Shown: one piece after another, positions 8,560-17,785 of the stretch
Position numbering within the stretch: position 1 is the stretch's first letter
How the letters are laid out: each line of letters begins with the position of its first letter
Assembly (NCBI GenBank): GCA_965218795.1
Contig: OZ244653.1
Coordinates: 4,064,001-4,128,000, forward strand
Source of the DNA: a bacterium
GTDB lineage: Bacteria; UBA8248; JACPRG01; G963555815
Direction of reading: 5' to 3'
DNA length: 64,000 nucleotides
Program-made: the position numbers and the translations under genes
Notes under the pieces: model-generated
The model's database searches: none
Told to the model about the DNA's origin: nothing
What the model saw: the letters and a program-made list of their open reading frames with translations, nothing else

Positions 8560-10515
8560 GTGATTCCAGAAGCCGGAGTTTCGTTCAGAGGGGTTGGCCG
8601 GGTGGATGAATGGCTTACCGAATGCCGAGTGGCCCGCTGGTTGGGGTTGAGCCAGCGGTTGCGCCGGTGGCGGGAGGGGGACGGATGGTTATCCCCGGCG
8701 ACTACGGAGCCGCCGGACCGAACCGAATGGCTGAGAGGCGGCGTCATTGTCTCCTCGCTTTTCTGGCTGATCCGGACATTCTTCTTGTGGCTTGGTCGGC
8801 AGGCGAGTGAGGGTCTTTGGGGCAGGGGGTGGCGCGCGTTGGCCGCCGGATTTGCCGTTGCACCACAACGGACGCTGGCGTCCTTCCTTCTTTCGGGACT
8901 CGGAGTCAACGGCGCTCTCCTCCTGATGACCGGGATTTCCGTACAATCCGAGGGGATTCTGGTCCGTGGCATCCTGATGATTCTTGGATTGTCGGCCGTC
9001 TGGTTCAAAGAAGGGGCCCTGGTCCGCTGGTGGCGGAGTTGGTGGGTCCGGCGTCTGTTTGGATCAAGGGACCGTGGGGAGGTAGCTCCTCCAACGGATT
9101 CGAAGGCTTCTTCTTCGAGCGATCCAGCTTCTTTCTTCGTACCGATTTTGGCCGGATCGTTGACCGGTCTTCTGTGGTGGTATTCCCCGGGCACCACGTT
9201 CATTGGGATACTGTTGGCCGGACTGGCGATTGGGTTGAAGAACAAAGGTCTCCGGGATAACGGGAGATATTTGACGCGCCTGTTTTGGGTGGCCCTTGGA
9301 TTACGGGTGGGTTTGGTGACGCTTGCCTACTTTTGGGCTGTTCTGACCGGGAGATTTTATCCGCACTCGGCCCTCGTTGATTTTCAGATTCAGATGCCGA
9401 TGCTCTTCGACGACGGCGGATACTTTTCGGCCCGGGCTTGGGCCACGAGTCAGCTTTGGCGGGGGGCGGAAGTCTGGCCCCATGCGTTGTTCGAGATCCG
9501 CCAAGTGTATGGGGCTTCTTCTTATCTCTATGTTCCGGCTCTGTTCTTTTACGTTTTCGGAGAGGATGCCCTCATTTCCGTACGGCTGATCAACGCCTTG
9601 CTCGGGGCCTGTCTGCCGCTCATGGTGTTTGGTTTGACCAGAGATTTGTTCGGAACCCGGGCCGCCCGGCTCGCGTCCGGAATCATGTGTGTATACCCTT
9701 CATTGGTGGTATGGAACCTGGATTTGCTCAAGGATTCGCTCTTCGTTACAATTTTTTTTGGTGTCATTTGGTGTTTGGTCCGGTTTCAACGGAAATACAG
9801 GACTGGCTACTACCTGGCATCACTGGCCGGAACCGCGATCTTGATGTCCATCCGTCTCAATCTCGGCGCGATCGCGTTGGGGGCGGCTCTTCTCGCGTGG
9901 ATTCCATTCCTTTGGAAATCGGTGATTTGCCGGAGTCCCACCCGGGTGTTGCTCGCCATCGTCCTTTTGGTGGGCGTGGTCCTTTCTCCGCCGATTCAAA
10001 GGGAGATGGGCGACTGGCTCTATCGGCTTTTCTCGGTGCAGCGAGGCGTGACTCAGACCCCAGGGCGCGCGAAGTACGCGCTTTGGGACAGAAGACTTTA
10101 TATTCATTCGGCCTCCGCCCCTTTCCTGGAGCAGATCCGGCCCGGCGAGGTGGTTCGCGCGTTTGCTCTCAGCCAGTATCATTTTTGGCTTGAACCGGTC
10201 CCGTGGGAACACCGTACGCGGATGCAACGACTGGTCCTCCCGCAAATGATTCTTTGGTACGGGATCTTGTTGATCGGCCTGGCGGGGGTCTGGCGTCTGA
10301 GGCGGGATCTCCAGGGCTTATGGATACTGTTGATGGTGACCGGCTTGCTGAGCTTCATCATCGGTATGGTCAGTGGAAGCGTGGGAACAGTCTTTCGTCA
10401 CCGCGATTTGTTGACGCCGATTTGGATCCTTCTGGCAGCCGGCGGGCTTGCCGGAAGAGTCATCCCGAGTGTCCGGGCCGCATCAGTTGATCCGGCAAAA
10501 CCGGAGACCTCCTGA
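8560..10515 (+). CDS. Polytopic membrane protein, GT-C (family 39-like) glycosyltransferase or polymerase
   Basis: More than 10 hydrophobic segments; DDGGYF in a loop, LLKDS and FRHR motifs; glycan-cluster context. Confidence 0.65.
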   Translation: MIPEAGVSFRGVGRVDEWLTECRVARWLGLSQRLRRWREGDGWLSPATTEPPDRTEWLRGGVIVSSLFWLIRTFFLWLGRQASEGLWGRGWRALAAGFAVAPQRTLASFLLSGLGVNGALLLMTGISVQSEGILVRGILMILGLSAVWFKEGALVRWWRSWWVRRLFGSRDRGEVAPPTDSKASSSSDPASFFVPILAGSLTGLLWWYSPGTTFIGILLAGLAIGLKNKGLRDNGRYLTRLFWVALGLRVGLVTLAYFWAVLTGRFYPHSALVDFQIQMPMLFDDGGYFSARAWATSQLWRGAEVWPHALFEIRQVYGASSYLYVPALFFYVFGEDALISVRLINALLGACLPLMVFGLTRDLFGTRAARLASGIMCVYPSLVVWNLDLLKDSLFVTIFFGVIWCLVRFQRKYRTGYYLASLAGTAILMSIRLNLGAIALGAALLAWIPFLWKSVICRSPTRVLLAIVLLVGVVLSPPIQREMGDWLYRLFSVQRGVTQTPGRAKYALWDRRLYIHSASAPFLEQIRPGEVVRAFALSQYHFWLEPVPWEHRTRMQRLVLPQMILWYGILLIGLAGVWRLRRDLQGLWILLMVTGLLSFIIGMVSGSVGTVFRHRDLLTPIWILLAAGGLAGRVIPSVRAASVDPAKPETS

Positions 10516-11818
10516 GCGGAGCGACCGCCTGAATTCCCTGGACCCAAAACAACCGGACGCAGAAGAACATACTGTCCCCCCGGAGTGGATTCCCCCGGAT
10601 TCTCCTCCCACCCTTCTGTTCTTGTCATATAACGGCATCCTGGAACCGTTGATGAAGTCTCAGGGCCTGTCTTATTTGCGGGGGCTCGCGCGTTGGGGGG
10701 TGAAGGTGCATCTTCTCACGTTCGAGAAAACCGCTTTCCCCGGGTCGCCGCCTGGGAGCGCGTTACGCCGGGATCTGATGCGCGAGGGTGTAGCCTGGAC
10801 CTGGCTGCGGTACCATAAGCGGCCGCCTTTCCTGTCCACCTTTTGCGATGTGATTCGGGCCTGGTACGCGGCCTCGCGAATTGTCCACCGCTCCGGGGTT
10901 GATATCATCGAGGCGCGGGGGACCATTCCCGCCGGAATCGGATATCCCCTGGCCCGCTTCTTTCACCGCCGTTTTCTCTTTAACGTGCGCGGGATACTGG
11001 CGGAGGAGAACATCGATGCGGGGAGGTGGCGGCGAAATCACCCCGTGGTCCGCTGGGTGAGCCGGTCAGAGAAGCAGTGGATCATGCGGGCTGACGCCGT
11101 CATCGTTCTCACCGGCGCGATGAAGCGGTTATTGGCCGGTATGGACTACCTCCCGCGACCGCGACGGGACCGCGTGACCGTCATCCCGTGCTGCGTGGAT
11201 TCTGACCGTTTTCTCCCGCCGTCCAACCCGAGCAACGCGATGGAGGATGGACCCGTATTCGTCTATGCGGGATCCCTGGGGGGATATTATCTGGTGCGGG
11301 AGATGTTCGATTTTTTCGCCGTTGCCGCGGACAGGTGGCCGCGCGCCCGGTTTCGTCTTCTGGTCAATGGTTTTGACGACGTTGCGAACGAGGCGGTGGA
11401 GGCGAGCGGCTTGGATCCTGAACGAATCGAGGTGGAAACGGTTGACCATGAGGCGGTTCCCGCGCGCTTGGCCGCCTCCAGCGTCGGGTTGATATTTGCC
11501 CGTCCTTCTTTTGCGAGAGTGGGGATGTCACCGACGAAGTTGGCGGAGTATCTCGCATGCGGTCTGCCGGTCGTCGCCACCCGGGAGATTGGCGACATCG
11601 ATAGCATTTTGGGAGAGGACCGGACCGGCGTAGTGGTTCAAAACCTGAACCGCGAGGCGTATGAGCAGGCATGTGAAAGACTCGCCGAACTGCTCGATGA
11701 AGGGCAGGCGTTATCTCAACGATGTCGTGAATCGGCTATCCGCCGATTCGGCATTCAAAGGGGTTTGAGCGCATATCGGGAGGTCCTGGGGAACCTGGGA
11801 TTTTCGCGTTGGAATTGA
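10448..11818 (+). CDS. GT4 family glycosyltransferase (start uncertain; possibly CTG 10529)
   Basis: LFLSYNGILEPLMKSQ, IPCCVD, VYAGSLG, SPTKLAEYLACGLPVV. Confidence 0.85.
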   Translation: MPEESSRVSGPHQLIRQNRRPPERSDRLNSLDPKQPDAEEHTVPPEWIPPDSPPTLLFLSYNGILEPLMKSQGLSYLRGLARWGVKVHLLTFEKTAFPGSPPGSALRRDLMREGVAWTWLRYHKRPPFLSTFCDVIRAWYAASRIVHRSGVDIIEARGTIPAGIGYPLARFFHRRFLFNVRGILAEENIDAGRWRRNHPVVRWVSRSEKQWIMRADAVIVLTGAMKRLLAGMDYLPRPRRDRVTVIPCCVDSDRFLPPSNPSNAMEDGPVFVYAGSLGGYYLVREMFDFFAVAADRWPRARFRLLVNGFDDVANEAVEASGLDPERIEVETVDHEAVPARLAASSVGLIFARPSFARVGMSPTKLAEYLACGLPVVATREIGDIDSILGEDRTGVVVQNLNREAYEQACERLAELLDEGQALSQRCRESAIRRFGIQRGLSAYREVLGNLGFSRWN

Positions 11819-12139
11819 GGATGGGCATACAGATTGCGAAACTTTCATGAATATGATGGAACATTCGGGATATCGGGCGTCAACCGGGCACAGGAGGCCG
11901 GACCTGATCCTGATGGATCTGTACATGCCTCGAATGGACGGGTTCGCGGCTATGCAGACCCTCCAGGAGAATCCTGACACGCGCGGGATATCCCGGTTGT
12001 CGCGATCTGTGCGGAAATGTCGAAGGCCACCGCAGAACGGGCCGTTCACGCGGGTTGCGTGGGTTACTTGGGAAAGCCGTTCGACGCGGAGAGCCTGCGG
12101 CACGAGGTGGAGCGCGCCATCCGGGCCGCAAAGCGATAA
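11814..12139 (+). pseudogene. Decayed single-domain response regulator (CheY/DivK-like)
   Basis: IEDGHTDCETF...PDLILMDLYMPRMDGF in one frame; after a frameshift near 11985 DIPVVAI...AGCVGYLGKPFDAESL...TAA; the NGxEAL segment is missing. Confidence 0.8.
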
Positions 12140-12194
12140 GCCTCCTTCTTTTCCGGAAGAAGCAAACCCTCCGACGGCATCTCTTCTCGCTGAT

Positions 12195-13121
12195 TTACCC
12201 TGATCCTTGCGGTCGAGGGGAGGCTGCCTGCGGCGGCGCGCAGGCACCCCGCCGCGCCAGCGTCTCGGCGTTCTGGTAAGCGAGCTTTTTCGCGACGGAA
12301 GCCGGCAATTCCCGGAGCCACTGCCGATATCCATCGAGCGTGGCTGGCAGAAATTCCCACTGGTTCAGGTTCCATGTGTCTGTTCCGATGAGAAAGCGGT
12401 CCGGGTGACGGAGGAAAAGCCTTCTCCACTCCGGCTTCAAACCGTCGTGCGAGACGTCCCATCGAAGCGACAGCTCCGTCCACAGGTTGGGGAACCGGTC
12501 CAGGAGCCTGCTGATGACCTCAGGCCCCGCCGACATTCCGGCGTGTGCCCAGAGCACGCAGACGTCCTGACGGATCCCGGCGATCTTCGCAATGGTCACA
12601 TCATCCACATGGGCGTGAAGAAACAGGCTTCTCTTGGCGGCCAGTTCGATGATTTGACGGAAAATTTCTGAGTCCGCATCCTCACGCCCCATGTGGAACT
12701 CGCCGATGCCCCGGTAGACGTTTCTGTTTGTCCGGAGCCGGTCCTTGAGGTAAGCCAGGACATCCGCATTTCGAAACCAGTTCGTCCGGTCGGACCCGTC
12801 CCGGTACGGGCGGAGAACGGGAACGATGAACTGCGGCGCAATCCGATGGAGGGACAACGTCCCCTCATCCGGTGTGCTGGAGACGAACGCCCGCGTTACG
12901 CCGCCTTTTCTGAGGATGTTCAGGGCCGCATTGGGCGCGAGACTCTCCCATTGGGAGTGATTGTAATGGATATGTGCATCGAAGACAGGCAACCGTTGGG
13001 CCGATGCCGTGACCCCCGCAAAAACCCATCCGCAACCGAATGAAGCCAGAAGAACAGCCCGGCCCAGGCTGACGGAAAAGAGAACATTCCTTCGGCGAGA
13101 CCCCCGGGAGACGATCTTCAT
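12195..13121 (-). CDS. Amidohydrolase-family (TIM barrel) protein with probable signal peptide
   Basis: FDAHIHY, IGEFH, LHAH, WAHAG, LIGTD metal ligands. Confidence 0.85.
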   Translation of the reverse strand: MKIVSRGSRRRNVLFSVSLGRAVLLASFGCGWVFAGVTASAQRLPVFDAHIHYNHSQWESLAPNAALNILRKGGVTRAFVSSTPDEGTLSLHRIAPQFIVPVLRPYRDGSDRTNWFRNADVLAYLKDRLRTNRNVYRGIGEFHMGREDADSEIFRQIIELAAKRSLFLHAHVDDVTIAKIAGIRQDVCVLWAHAGMSAGPEVISRLLDRFPNLWTELSLRWDVSHDGLKPEWRRLFLRHPDRFLIGTDTWNLNQWEFLPATLDGYRQWLRELPASVAKKLAYQNAETLARRGACAPPQAASPRPQGSG

Positions 13122-13963
13122 GGTTCCGACTTCCCGTCCGAGCAGGTTTGCTCAACCATGATTCGCTCCACCCCCGCGGTTTCACCGTAGGTCGCGTTGA
13201 AGCCCGCTTTTCCATGGAAGACGAGAAAGAATCTATTCTTCCGTGACTCTGGGGAGTCTCCGAACCGGTCGCCTTCCATGAGTAACTTCACGAGTGCGCC
13301 GCCCTCCAGATAGGCCATGCGAAGCTTAATGGTTCTGGCGTTTCGCCTGTTGAAGATATCGGCTTCGCCCCGGATTTCCCGAAGAAGGGTCTCCAGAGAG
13401 ATGAAATGTCCCTCCCTCCTGTATTGACATAAGATATCCCGCACCGGCCGGCCGAACGTCGGAAAGGCGCTCAGGTTTCCGAACCGTTCCTCCAGGTACA
13501 CCGCCAGCCCTTCCGCCAGAAACCGGTTTCGGGAGGGCGCCAGGGAATGGGAAATTTCATGGATCAGATTGGCCTTTCCATCCCGGACCCGATGAACGGG
13601 CATCTCCATTCGGTTTTCACCCCTCCAGAGGAAGATCAGAGTGCGGGGGATTCGGAATTGCGGCCGGATGAACATGTGGATGCGCTTCACCTGGAGAAAT
13701 TCGTGTTCCTGCGGCGCCCCCAGGAATTCCATGACAGTCTCGTAGGCCTGATCGGCCGTCTTGCCGAAGGACAGGGCTTCAGGTTTTGAGATTTCCGTGT
13801 AATCGATCATAAGGTGTTTCGTGGTGACGGTCGCCGCCCCAGCGGGTGAATGAGGAGAAAGGAAGAGTACGGCAAGGAGAATACCGCCCAAATGGCAAGT
13901 CGGGTGATATGTCGGTTCAGAAGAATCAATTTGAATTCGCCTTCCTGAGAGAAATATCGGCAC
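13118..13963 (-). CDS. Putative secreted zinc metallopeptidase (gluzincin/MA-like); start uncertain
   Basis: HEISH (HExxH) followed by FLAEGLAVYLE; hydrophobic N-terminal segment; ATGA coupling to the amidohydrolase. Confidence 0.65.
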   Translation of the reverse strand: MPIFLSGRRIQIDSSEPTYHPTCHLGGILLAVLFLSPHSPAGAATVTTKHLMIDYTEISKPEALSFGKTADQAYETVMEFLGAPQEHEFLQVKRIHMFIRPQFRIPRTLIFLWRGENRMEMPVHRVRDGKANLIHEISHSLAPSRNRFLAEGLAVYLEERFGNLSAFPTFGRPVRDILCQYRREGHFISLETLLREIRGEADIFNRRNARTIKLRMAYLEGGALVKLLMEGDRFGDSPESRKNRFFLVFHGKAGFNATYGETAGVERIMVEQTCSDGKSEP

Positions 13964-14070
13964 GGAACGGCGGATACCAAAAAGTCTGCTTTTATGTGTA
14001 CCCTGTAAGAATCATATCCGTTTGCGACGCAGAATGCGTCCGTACGGTCCCGCTCCGGAAAAAAATCCGC

Positions 14071-14099
14071 TTGACCCTGATACTTTCAGGCAATAGAGT
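14071..14099 (+). promoter_or_regulatory. Sigma70-type promoter for the TPP riboswitch operon
   Basis: TTGACC-N17-TAGAGT just upstream of the aptamer. Confidence 0.6.
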
Positions 14100-14112
14100 A
14101 GGCTTTCATGAA

Positions 14113-14195
14113 CCGCTAGGGGTGGCTTGGACTGAGAGTCAGTTACCTGACAACCCTTAGAACCTGATCTGGTTAATGCCAGCGTAGGGAAGCGG
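14113..14195 (+). ncRNA. TPP (THI-box) riboswitch aptamer
   Basis: CCGCTAGGGGTG...CTGAGA...ACCCTTAGAACCTGATCTGGTTAATGCCAGCGTAGGGAAGCGG matches the THI consensus; lies upstream of ThiX/ThiY-like genes. Confidence 0.96.
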
Positions 14196-14255
14196 CCAAA
14201 AATGATGAGCGTTGCGCGGGAAGCGAAATCCGCCGCCCCGAATATTCGTTGCATC

Positions 14256-14289
14256 AGCCGTTTCCCTGAATGGGGAGACGGCTTTTTTT
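14256..14289 (+). terminator. Intrinsic terminator (riboswitch expression platform)
   Basis: AGCCGTTTCCC/GGGAGACGGCT stem followed by a T tract, between the aptamer and first gene. Confidence 0.85.
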
Positions 14290-14314
14290 GTTGAAGACCG
14301 AAGGCTCCACCGCG

Positions 14315-15214
14315 ATGGTTCAAGTTCCGGGAACGGACGGCATCGGACCGCCGGGAGACGTTTCCGCTCGGCCTCACGGCCGGGGCGCGGATTCCGCCGA
14401 GCGGGCCAAGGGGTCCACGGTCGATTCGAGGGACGCTCAGCCGGCCGGCCGAATCGCATCCGCGTTCCGGGATTACGCCGCGCCGGCCCTGCTGCTTCTG
14501 GGCTTCCTGGTCGTCTGGCAGTTGGTGGTTCTCACCTTCAATCTCCCCCATTACATTCTTCCCTCCCCGCTGAGGGTCCTCCGGACCTTTGTTCAGGCGT
14601 GGGATATTCTTCTCCTCCATACGGGCCGCACCGTTCTCGAGGTCTTGGTGGGTTTTGCCCTAGCGCTGGTGTCGGGTTTCAGCCTGGCGGTGGGAATTTC
14701 GTCATCCCCGACCTTGCGGAGGGCGCTCTACCCGTTGGTCATCGCGTCCCAGACCGTTCCCGTCATCGCCATCGCCCCATTGCTCATTGTCTGGTTCGGA
14801 TACGATCTGACGCCCAAGGTGATCATGACGGCCCTGATCGCCTTCTTCCCCATCGTTGTCAATTCGGTGGACGGATTGGAGGCGACGGACCCGGAACTGA
14901 TTGATCTCATGCGACTTCTGCGCGCCGGATGGTGGCAGGGCTTTTGGAAGGTCCGATTTCCCGGGGCGTTGCCGTTTATTTTTTCCGGGATGAAGATCGC
15001 GGCGGCAGTCAGTGTGATCGGAGCCGTCGTTGGGGAATGGGTCGGCGCGGATGAAGGTCTCGGCTTCCTGATGATTCGGGCCAACGCCCAACTCAGGACC
15101 GATCTGGTCTTCGCCTCGATCGCCGTCCTGTCGGCGATGGGAATTTTATTGTTCCTGGGAGTCTGTGCGTTGGAGCGCATCAGCATGCCGTGGGAGAGAA
15201 GGGAGCAGGCGTGA
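14315..15214 (+). CDS. thiX: ABC transporter permease, ThiX/SsuC-like (HMP uptake)
   Basis: ILPSP, SQTVPVIAIAPL, PGALPFIFSGMKIA, VVGEWVGADEGLG; TPP control. Confidence 0.85.
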   Translation: MVQVPGTDGIGPPGDVSARPHGRGADSAERAKGSTVDSRDAQPAGRIASAFRDYAAPALLLLGFLVVWQLVVLTFNLPHYILPSPLRVLRTFVQAWDILLLHTGRTVLEVLVGFALALVSGFSLAVGISSSPTLRRALYPLVIASQTVPVIAIAPLLIVWFGYDLTPKVIMTALIAFFPIVVNSVDGLEATDPELIDLMRLLRAGWWQGFWKVRFPGALPFIFSGMKIAAAVSVIGAVVGEWVGADEGLGFLMIRANAQLRTDLVFASIAVLSAMGILLFLGVCALERISMPWERREQA

Positions 15215-15288
15215 TGTCTCCGCCGCTTGCATGGATGGAGCGAAACGACCGGCTGGACATCCAGCCGGGTGCGAAAGGAGGGTTCGAT

Positions 15289-16284
15289 ATGCCGATACGC
15301 CGGATCAAGGGAATCGTGTTGGGTTTCATGGTTTTTCTGGGAATTGTTTGCGCGCAGGAAATCGCCGGGCCGGGCGCGGCGGCCGCCGCGGACCGCGTGA
15401 GCCTTCGTCTGGACTGGACGCCCTGGTCGCTCCACACGTTTCTGTTCGCGGCCAGGGAGAAGGGGTTTTTCCGGTCCGAGGACTTGGATGTTCGGCTCTA
15501 CACTCCGGCCAAGCCGCAGGACACGCTGAAGCTGGTCGGCGTGGGAAAGGATCACTTCGGTCTAAGTTATCAAACCGATACGATCATCGGGCGATCGGAG
15601 GACCTCCCCGTGGTGTCGGTCGCGGCAATCGTCCAGCACCCCCTGAACGTCATGCTGACGATGAAGGAGTCGGGTCTGACGCACCCCAAACAGCTCAAGG
15701 GGAAAAAGATCGGCTCCCCGATGATCCCATCCGACGATGCCTTTCTCCAGACCATCGCCCAGACTCACGGGATGACGATGAAGGATTTCCGGGTGGTCAA
15801 CGTGGGGTTCAACCTGGTTCCCCCGTTGTTGGCCGGTAAGGTGGATGCCGTCATCGGGACGTACTGGGTCTGGGAGAAGGTTCAGATCGAGCTCGAGGGG
15901 AAGCAGGTCAACGTTATCCGGCTCACCGACCACGGCGTTCCGGATTTCTACGAGTCGGTTCTGATCGCGAGCGACGGCCTGATCCGGAAGAATCCGAACA
16001 TCATCCGTCGATTCCTTCGGGCCGCGGATCGGGGGTGGAAGTTCGTCATCCGAGACCCCGAAGCGGCGTTGAACATACTGCTGAGAAAGAACAAAGACCT
16101 TCGGCCGGAGTTGGCGCGCCAGGCCATCCAATTGCTGATCCCGCTGGTGCGCAACGGTGTCCCGAAGATCGGCTGGCAGACGGAAGCCAAGTGGCGGGAG
16201 TTGCGCGATTACATGCTGGACAGTAAGTTGGTTCGGAAGAGCGTTCCCGTGAAGTCCCTCTTCACAACGTCCTTCCTCCCGTAA
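15289..16284 (+). CDS. thiY: ABC substrate-binding protein, ThiY/NMT1-THI5 family
   Basis: Signal peptide, LDWTP..H, KGFF, LSYQ, GVPDFYE; RBS AAGGAGG before ATG 15289. Confidence 0.85.
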   Translation: MPIRRIKGIVLGFMVFLGIVCAQEIAGPGAAAAADRVSLRLDWTPWSLHTFLFAAREKGFFRSEDLDVRLYTPAKPQDTLKLVGVGKDHFGLSYQTDTIIGRSEDLPVVSVAAIVQHPLNVMLTMKESGLTHPKQLKGKKIGSPMIPSDDAFLQTIAQTHGMTMKDFRVVNVGFNLVPPLLAGKVDAVIGTYWVWEKVQIELEGKQVNVIRLTDHGVPDFYESVLIASDGLIRKNPNIIRRFLRAADRGWKFVIRDPEAALNILLRKNKDLRPELARQAIQLLIPLVRNGVPKIGWQTEAKWRELRDYMLDSKLVRKSVPVKSLFTTSFLP

Positions 16285-16321
16285 GGCGCGAGGGGGGCGG
16301 CCGGCTGAAAGGAAACCGACC

Positions 16322-17479
16322 ATGAATGGCCCCCCCGCATCGGCCGATGGATCTCTGACCCCGGGCCTGGCTACGCCGGAGGGAACGGCCGCCTACCGGG
16401 ACCGATTCGCCGAGGCCACCGCCGAGGGACACTACCGGCCTTATCAGGACCTGTGGGTTTCCTCCATCGGAATCGGCACCTACCTGGGCGATGAGGACGA
16501 AGAGACCGACCGGTTGTACCGTGAGTCCGTGGCCCTCTGCCTGGACCTCGGATGCAACGTCATCGATACCGCGGTGAACTACCGTTGCCAGCGCAGCGAG
16601 CGGTCGATCGGTGAAGGTTTGCAGGATGCGTTTGTCAAGGGCGGGGTCCGTCGGGAAGAGGTCGTCGTGACCACAAAAGGCGGGTTCATCCCGTTTGACG
16701 GACAACAGCCCACAAGCCAGGATGATTTTCTGGGCTATGTCGTGAACACTTTTCTCGCGCCGGGCATTATCCAGAAGGAGGACATCGTTGCGGGCTGTCA
16801 CTGCATGGCGCCGGCCTACATCGAGCACCAACTGGAAACGAGCCGGAAAAATCTCGGCCTGGGCGGCTTGGACGTTTATTACATCCACAACCCGGAGACC
16901 CAGCTTCAGGAGGTCTCCCGGGAAGAGTTCCTCTCCCGCATTCGGGTCGCCTTCGAGACACTCGAGAAGAACGTCAGCGACGGCAAAATCAGCTATTACG
17001 GCACCGCCACCTGGTCGGGGTACCGCCAGAAGTCCGACGCGCAGGACTATCTATCCCTCGCCGAGCTGGTGGATGCCGCGAAAGAAGTGGCCGGAGCGGA
17101 TCATCACTTCAAGGCCATCCAGTTGCCTCTGAACCTGGGAATGCCCGAGGCTGTCGCGCTGGCCAACCAGCCGGTGAACGGCGAGACGACCTCCCTGTTG
17201 AACGCCGCGAACGAGTTCGGCATATCCCTGATGGCGAGCGCGTCGATCTTCCAGGGCCGCGTGGCGCAAAACCTGCCGGATTTCGTGGGGGAGGCCTTTC
17301 CCGGATTGCAGTCCGACGCCCAGCGCGCGCTGCAGTTCGTCCGGTCGACACCCGGCATGACCGTTGCCTTGATCGGGATGAAGCAGACGGCTCACGTGGA
17401 CGAGAACCTCGCCCTTGCCGGCGTCCCTCCAGCCTCCGTGGAAGACTACCAGAAGCTCTTCAAGCCGCAGGACGGTTGA
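16322..17479 (+). CDS. Aldo/keto reductase
   Basis: IGIGTYLG, DTAVNY, TKGG, YIHNPE (D-Y-K-H tetrad), LIGM..HVDENL. Confidence 0.92.
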   Translation: MNGPPASADGSLTPGLATPEGTAAYRDRFAEATAEGHYRPYQDLWVSSIGIGTYLGDEDEETDRLYRESVALCLDLGCNVIDTAVNYRCQRSERSIGEGLQDAFVKGGVRREEVVVTTKGGFIPFDGQQPTSQDDFLGYVVNTFLAPGIIQKEDIVAGCHCMAPAYIEHQLETSRKNLGLGGLDVYYIHNPETQLQEVSREEFLSRIRVAFETLEKNVSDGKISYYGTATWSGYRQKSDAQDYLSLAELVDAAKEVAGADHHFKAIQLPLNLGMPEAVALANQPVNGETTSLLNAANEFGISLMASASIFQGRVAQNLPDFVGEAFPGLQSDAQRALQFVRSTPGMTVALIGMKQTAHVDENLALAGVPPASVEDYQKLFKPQDG

Positions 17480-17555
17480 TGACGAGCACGCTGTCCGGAG
17501 CGAAGGCGAACGCAATAGGGTCCGCCAATACACCGAGTACAACCCGCAGCAATGG
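17478..17555 (+). mobile_element. Remnant of the C-terminus of an IS200/REP-associated (RAYT, Y1) tyrosine transposase
   Basis: Translates DDEHAVRSEGERNRVRQYTEYNPQQW, resembling the Y1 transposase motif (Y)xHxIRxExELxxIRxYIxxNPxxW. Confidence 0.55.
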
Positions 17556-17630
17556 GCAGTGGACAAAACTCCGCCCGTCCCGGCTGAGGACTACGTCAAG
17601 CTTTTCCAAAAGCCGGAGGAGGAGAGTTGA
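17556..17630 (+). repeat. Orphan copy 2 of the AKR 3' end
   Basis: AVDKTPPVPAEDYVKLFQKPEEES*; 55/64 nt identical to 22581-22644, with an exact 20-mer GAGGACTACGTCAAGCTTTT. Confidence 0.9.
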
Positions 17631-17785
17631 TTTTGTGATCACAGATCGGGGAAACAACCGGCAGAGCCTGGACATTGGCCTCTCGGGTACTAGACGAGTT
17701 TCTTGGAACGTGTTTGAATTCAATCGTTCGGTCCCATGATACTCAATCGCGACAAAGTTCTTATCAATAGCCTGAGGAATGCTGG

